From: the human T2T-CHM13v2.0 reference genome, Homo sapiens
Strand: one strand, 5' to 3'
NCBI RefSeq assembly: GCF_009914755.1
Contig: NC_060929.1
Length of the DNA stretch: 64,000 bases
In this document: in pieces, positions 58,399-64,000 of the stretch
How the letters are laid out: each line of letters opens with the position of its first letter
How positions within the stretch are numbered: the first letter of the stretch is position 1
Translations under genes and position numbers: made by a program
The notes under the pieces: generated by a model
Database searches by the model: none
What the model was told of the DNA's origin: nothing
Seen by the model: the letters and a program-made list of their open reading frames with translations, nothing else

Positions 58399-59981
58399 GC
58401 ATCGTTGAAAAACATTCCTCAGTGCAATGACAGCAGAAAATTTCAGGCTCTGAGGTTAGGTCTTTAAGTAATATAAATGCAAAAATTACAGTTATATAAT
58501 ACAATCCAAAAATAATGTAATTCAGGACTTGCATATGGTAGTGAATATCCAGAAAGTGAAGGAGGTGAGGCACAGAGAGAACTACCTTTGACAACCACAC
58601 TAAAATCACTTTTCATTTTTCTTCTAAACTTCACTTAAAGAAGAATAAAAAATAAAACATTTTCAAGTAGATTTTGGCATAAAGCCAGTTCTTAAAAAAA
58701 AAAATCTCAGTTCTGTTCTGGTCAGATTGATTATCAGAAAGTCGGCTTCCAACTTGATGAGATTTATGCTTACTTTGCTTTGAAAATTGACCTTTTCATT
58801 AAACAAAGCTTTACAAAGACCAAATAAGTCCTTATAAACTTTGTTTCCAATGCATCATCACACATGTGACTTGTCTGCAAATAAGAATTCTGCATTCCTA
58901 GGGCCCAGTTCTCTTTTATTTATACCTTTGATCTCAGCACATTTTCTCTGGAGGTCTCCAAATACTACTGTCCTTATTGGATCTTACCCTAATGCTGCCT
59001 AATGCCGCCAAATGCCCATGTCCTACAGTCAACTGTTCCAGTGGGAAAATAATATTTACTTCTTCCTTTACAAGTGGCCACTCAGAACTGACCCATGACA
59101 GTATTCTTCATCATCTTCCCTTTGTAAACCTCCTGCATCCATAAGTCAATTTCTTTAGGATGAAACTTTAATGAACTAAAATATCACAAATGGCTGTTAT
59201 CCTGTATCTGCTATATTTGTCGTCCATTTCTCAACTTGGTCTTTACAGTTCACATTTATTCATGATTAATGTGTTTCCAGTTAGTACTAGTAGAAAAAAA
59301 TTCCATTTCTTCATGGTTCACTAGAGAAGATTATAAACCTTCTAACTTAAAATTATGTTCATATTGAAATTCTGCCCAAATACAAATCCCAGATAAAGCT
59401 TCACATGTCCTGTTATGTTCTTCCTTGGTGACCTCAGCCTACAGAAATTTGTGTTTTCTCCAAGTGTCTTTTGCATTTATGGCTCCCAGCATAAACTTAA
59501 TCACACATATTTAAACTCTACAGTTGTTCTCTGTGTAAATTATTGCCTCAGCAGTGCTTAATCTCCTTGTCGGTAGGATCTATATTATCCTTCCTCTGTA
59601 TCCCATGAAGTGCCTAGAATACTACTCTGTAGGGGTCAAAAGTGTTGATAGATTTGACTTTGTAATGTCATAAATGGGAAATTATAAAGAATATTTTATC
59701 TCTTCAATTGTTAGATTTCAAGAGTTGGGTTCTTTCTAAACTAAACTCCTGGAAATCAGAGAAAATGTAACCTGTTGACAGACTCACTCAGCATCCATCT
59801 CGGTGCCTTATTAGTTAGAATGCAATCTCAGTGAAGCCAGGGATGTTGACCCTCCTGTTCACCCCTACAAGATGGCACACAATTTGGGTCCTAGACAAGT
59901 GCACGTTGAATGAAAAAAAGTGAGTTGTACCAAATAATTTCTGGGATGTTTTCCTAGCCCATATTTCTCTTTTTGAAAACA

Positions 59982-60400
59982 TGCTATGTGGTTTGTTGGT
60001 CCCTAAAAAACTCATGTTAAAATCTTGCTCCCAGATTGGTAGTGTTGGGAGGTTCAGCCTACATGGAGGCGTTTGGGTTATGGAGTAGATCTTGCATCAG
60101 TGGCTTGCTGCTGTTCTTACTCTTGCAAGACTAGATGAGTTCATGGGACTGGATTAGTACTTGCCAGAAGGGGTTGTTATAAAGCTGGGATACCCCTCAA
60201 GTTTTCCTCTTTTCACATGCATCCACCTCCCCTTTGGCCTTCTGTGTCATGTTGTGACACAGCAAAAAGGCCCATGCCAGAAGCCAGGGCCATGCCTACA
60301 AACTTCTCAGCCTGCATAACCATGAGTTCCATAAACCTCTTTTAAATAAATTATGCAGTCTTGGGTATTCTGCTATAGCAACACAAAGCCAGTTAGGACA
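59982..60400 (+). mobile_element. MSTB/MSTC-like MaLR solo LTR
   Basis: TGCTATG..aaactcatgttaaaat...ggtattctgctatagcaacacaaa..ttaggACA; TSD aaaca / gaaca. Confidence 0.85.
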
Positions 60401-61101
60401 GAACACTACTTCCCTCACCAAAGGTGAGCCCCATAAGCAGAGAAAGCCCCTTTTATTTTTGTCATAACTGATTAGAATTTTAATACATGCTTGACCTAAA
60501 CCAGTCAGTCAGATTCCCCCTTATTCTTGTTGAACTATTAACTTGGGGCACTGGAGTACATAATAGGGATGAAAGCTGACAGTAGAAGTGAATTGCAGGG
60601 CTGGAAGAACCACATGCTGCCATAGATACCAACGGCATAGCTCTCAGGTACCAGAAGGAGAAGACAAAGCTGATCTGCAGAGAAAGGTGAAGGAGCAAAT
60701 CAAGGGGAAGAGACTCATAGGGCAAGAATAGACAAGCTTTGCCCCAGGGCTCTTGTCTGGTCCTGCCTCTGATACCTCAGGAGTTTGACTCATCCCCTGC
60801 CCTTAGTTTCCATGAATCACTCCTGGGCAGTCACCAGCCATCTCTCAGGGTTTCCTATTATTATGTCACCAAACATATTTTATGAACTCAAAATATTCAA
60901 TAAATATGTGTAATAGAGATTGAATTGAGAGGACCATAAAGGTGCTTCTAAGTAATAGACAGAGGACTTGAACCCTGCTGTCAGTTGCACCATAGGTTGT
61001 GACTGAGTGCAAGTTAAGAATGCTGAACCAGATTACATTCATGGATGCTTCTACCTCTCAATTTCTGTCATCTGCCAGGTACCAGTCATTCCAATGAAAA
61101 T

Positions 61102-61197
61102 GATTATATTCAATTCACCAAATATTTACATTCACCAGTTCACCGAAACTATTACATTCAATTCCCCAAACTATTTACATTCAATTCACCAAATATC
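61102..61197 (+). repeat. Short degenerate minisatellite, ~4 copies of a 22-25-bp unit (ttacattcaattcaccaaa.ta)
   Basis: Seen directly in the sequence. Confidence 0.8.
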
Positions 61198-61914
61198 CAG
61201 ACATTTCATCACATGTGAGGATATATCTAGGCATTTATAGCATTTTTTAGTTTTCACTTAGTTTAAATTAAATTGGTGCAGTTTCTTTTCAAATCCATTT
61301 GTAGCTCTTCACATTCATATATCACCAGATTTTATTTCCTTTATTCTGGGATCTTTCCAAAGAAAATGAAATCAAAAGTATGTTTAAATAGGCTTTTCTA
61401 ATCCATGTGCATGGAACACCTGTCTTTTTTACATCTGTAGAAGGCTCTCTCATTAACAATTTAGTGTTGTGATTTTATGATTTTTTTCTTCTGAACATAT
61501 TAAAGCAGCTTTCTTAACAACATTTACAAGATTTTCTGGGCATATGTAAGTGTAAAAAACATGCTACAGGCCTTGATAGAAATTAATACAGACCCAAGGG
61601 ACAGAAAGAATGGTGCATAGCAAAACAAACAAACAAACAAACAAAAGATATTTATATCACATCCAACTCTAATATTTCAATGAACTTTTATATAATTACT
61701 TCTATGTAGTTGAATGCTAGTTTGTAAGATGGACTTATAGTTGTTAAAGACTGAGAAAAAAACACATTTTGAACTCATAACTTTTTCTATTCTTTGTCTT
61801 AAGCAGCTGCAAAATGTGTTTGCTAGCCCTAATTAAATAGTATGTATAAAACTATATTTGTTACATAGCAACACCGTCTGCTTAAACTAAAAAATACATA
61901 TACATATCTGTGCC

Positions 61915-61918
<4 letters not shown>

Positions 61919-61962
<44 letters not shown>
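61919..61962 (+). repeat. (TG)n(TA)n compound microsatellite
   Basis: Seen directly in the sequence. Confidence 0.95.
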
Positions 61963-62989
61963 AATATATCCAATATTCTCTTATAACTTGGTCCAAGTCC
62001 AAAATATTAGTTTTGTTGATGTAGTTATCTACAATATGATTACATCATATGTTCCTCCAGGAAAACTCACGTTAGAAAGATGGCAGAATCCTCTTTCTGA
62101 CCCTGAGTTCATGCCTCAATGTAGCATAGTGGCCTATTTCATAGCATGCTGGCATTCATCCTGGTACAGGGGACCATCCACCCTTGTCCTCAGATGCACA
62201 CAGGCAGGCAGGGAGCCTATACATATTCATAGGTCAATCTCTCCCTGGTGGGACCCAACCCATCTGAGTATCCAGACTCATTTAAATGGAGCAGAATAGT
62301 TTCATGAATGGCCAGCAGGAAGGGGGAGAGAAGAACTGGCTGACAACCATGGGAAGGGAGGAAAACCAAGAGCTTTGTTAAAATGAGGACTCAAAGAAAT
62401 CAACAAACGTGCAAAAAAACAACAAATAGTTTAGTTTGACTCTGTTAGATGTTGCATGAAATGATGAATGGGAATTAAATCTAGAAATTTAGATCAGAAC
62501 CAGATTATAGATGGCATTGATTACCAGGCTAAGGAAACCAAATCTCAAACCACTGATGATTTCCAAGCAGAGAATTGACTTAGAACAATGGAAACGGGAA
62601 TGGCAATATTAAATCCTATTATCATGTCATAATCATTTACACTAGGCAGAATACTGCATGGAAAATAAAGATTAGTAAGGCATCATATTTGCCTTCAGGA
62701 AGAAAAAAGTCTACATGTATACAACATAAAATAATGAATAAATATCCTCATACTAGAAAGTAGAGAGGATTAACTTCTTAAGGAAGGACAGGAGTGCTAT
62801 GGGGGTCATGTCAGTCCTATAAATTCTTTGCTGCTGTATCCTTTTTCTTCCATTAATTGACTCTGACCCTCTATTAATTCAGTCCTACTTCCAGTCTTCA
62901 GAAACAAATATGATTTCAAATAAAAATTATTGAACCAACTTTTACCCAATACTCTGAAGCTTAGCAAAAATCACCTTTACCACCCACAT

Positions 62990-63240
62990 CTAATAATAGC
63001 AAACATCCCTTGAGCATATGCTAGATGGCAGGCATATTTCTAATCATTTCATAAGCCTCGTCTCATCCAATCTTTCCAAAAGCACTACCTGGTAAGTTCT
63101 GTTACCATTTCCTGAGGCTGAGAGATATAAAAGAAGATGCCCAAGGCTACCGAATTTATGTTCCTTGCTCCTAGTCAACACATACACTGCATATGACATA
63201 ATTTGAAAATCAGCCTCTGACCTGGAGTCAAAAGCCCTCA
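62990..63240 (-). mobile_element. MIR fragment
   Basis: aataatagcaaacat..ttgagc..ggcaggca..ctgaggctgagaga..tgcccaagg..atttgaa..tctgacctggagtc. Confidence 0.6.
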
Positions 63241-63539
63241 CATTGTTCCCAGTGTCTGCCTTTTCTTTGAGATCTTGTCCTCACATTGTGCTCACATTTT
63301 CTTACATAGGTTCTGTCTTGTCTTGCCTGCTGTAGTCCCTGTAGCAAGACAGTCAATGTCTCAGAGAAAGACAGCTTCATCAGCCTAGCTCTGGGAACAA
63401 GGGGATGTGGGGTAAAATCAAAGCTGACCTGTAATAGAGGCTCAGAACCAGATTCAGATATCTCTGTCTCCACACTGGTTCTTTCTCAGTCCCTGAGGCA
63501 TATACACTCCTCACAACACCAGTATTTACCTTAAGTGTA

Positions 63540-63990
63540 CTAGATGCAGGCCACATTCCCAGGAAATTGACCCTGAAATGCTTGGATTGGTGCATGGAGA
63601 GCTTATTGGGAAGTCACCTTTGGAAAAAAACCTAAATCCTTTTACCATGTCATAATCATGGGTGAGGAAATGACGGGTGAGGGAAGCGAAACTCGGCAAT
63701 GCAGAAATTGAGTTCTGATGCGCATGTCTTCAGATTACCTAGTTGTGAACCTGGATCTAGAAGGCCCTTTAGAATTCTCCCAGTTGAGACAAGAGGGCAG
63801 GAGATTTGCATGCCCATTCCACTGGCTTGTCATTGGACACAGGCTACCCCATTAGGTAAGGCAGCTTCCTCAGCCAAGGTTAATTCCTGGACAAGGACTT
63901 AACCTTTAACCATCTGAGGCAATACTCCCTGTAGTTGGGGCAATGGTTGATCCATTCTAAAGTGGGTTCTAGACAATACACACCACTATT
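63540..63990 (-). mobile_element. Old ERVL LTR (LTR40/LTR16-like)
   Basis: gagcttattgggaagt..; gtcattggacacaggctacccc; aaggcagcttcctcagccaagg; tctagacaatacacaccacta. Confidence 0.55.
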
Positions 63991-64000
63991 GACCTTAGCC

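Noticed and set aside
57732-58609. Two ORFs sharing an identical 28-aa C-terminus as a gene pair
   Set aside because: A by-product of the DNA palindrome; one ORF begins in antisense L1 and neither has coding hallmarks.

Overview
AT-rich, CpG-depleted primate (most likely human or great-ape) genomic DNA, probably intergenic or deep intronic. More than half is recognisable transposable-element remnants: Alu, L1PA/L1MA/L1MC/L1ME, ERV1/ERVL/ERVK solo LTRs, MaLR, MIR and hAT DNA transposons. I find no supportable protein-coding gene, rRNA, tRNA or CRISPR array; the ORF track is explained by repeat fragments or chance. I cannot support a new biological system. The most notable structure is a 177-bp-arm palindrome (4 mismatches) of flanking DNA at 57967-58398, fused to the 5' end of a young truncated L1PA, with microhomology and a patchwork spacer that suggest templated fold-back synthesis during insertion. 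Other oddities: a ~57-bp target-duplication-like repeat around an L1MA, a 12-nt micro-inversion at an L1 5' junction, twin-priming-type inversions in a young and an old L1, a nested MER50/MER9/L1 stack, an old ~165-bp direct duplication and candidate splice signals. Repeat subfamily names come from my recall of consensus sequences and need Dfam/RepeatMasker confirmation. Boundaries of old elements are approximate.
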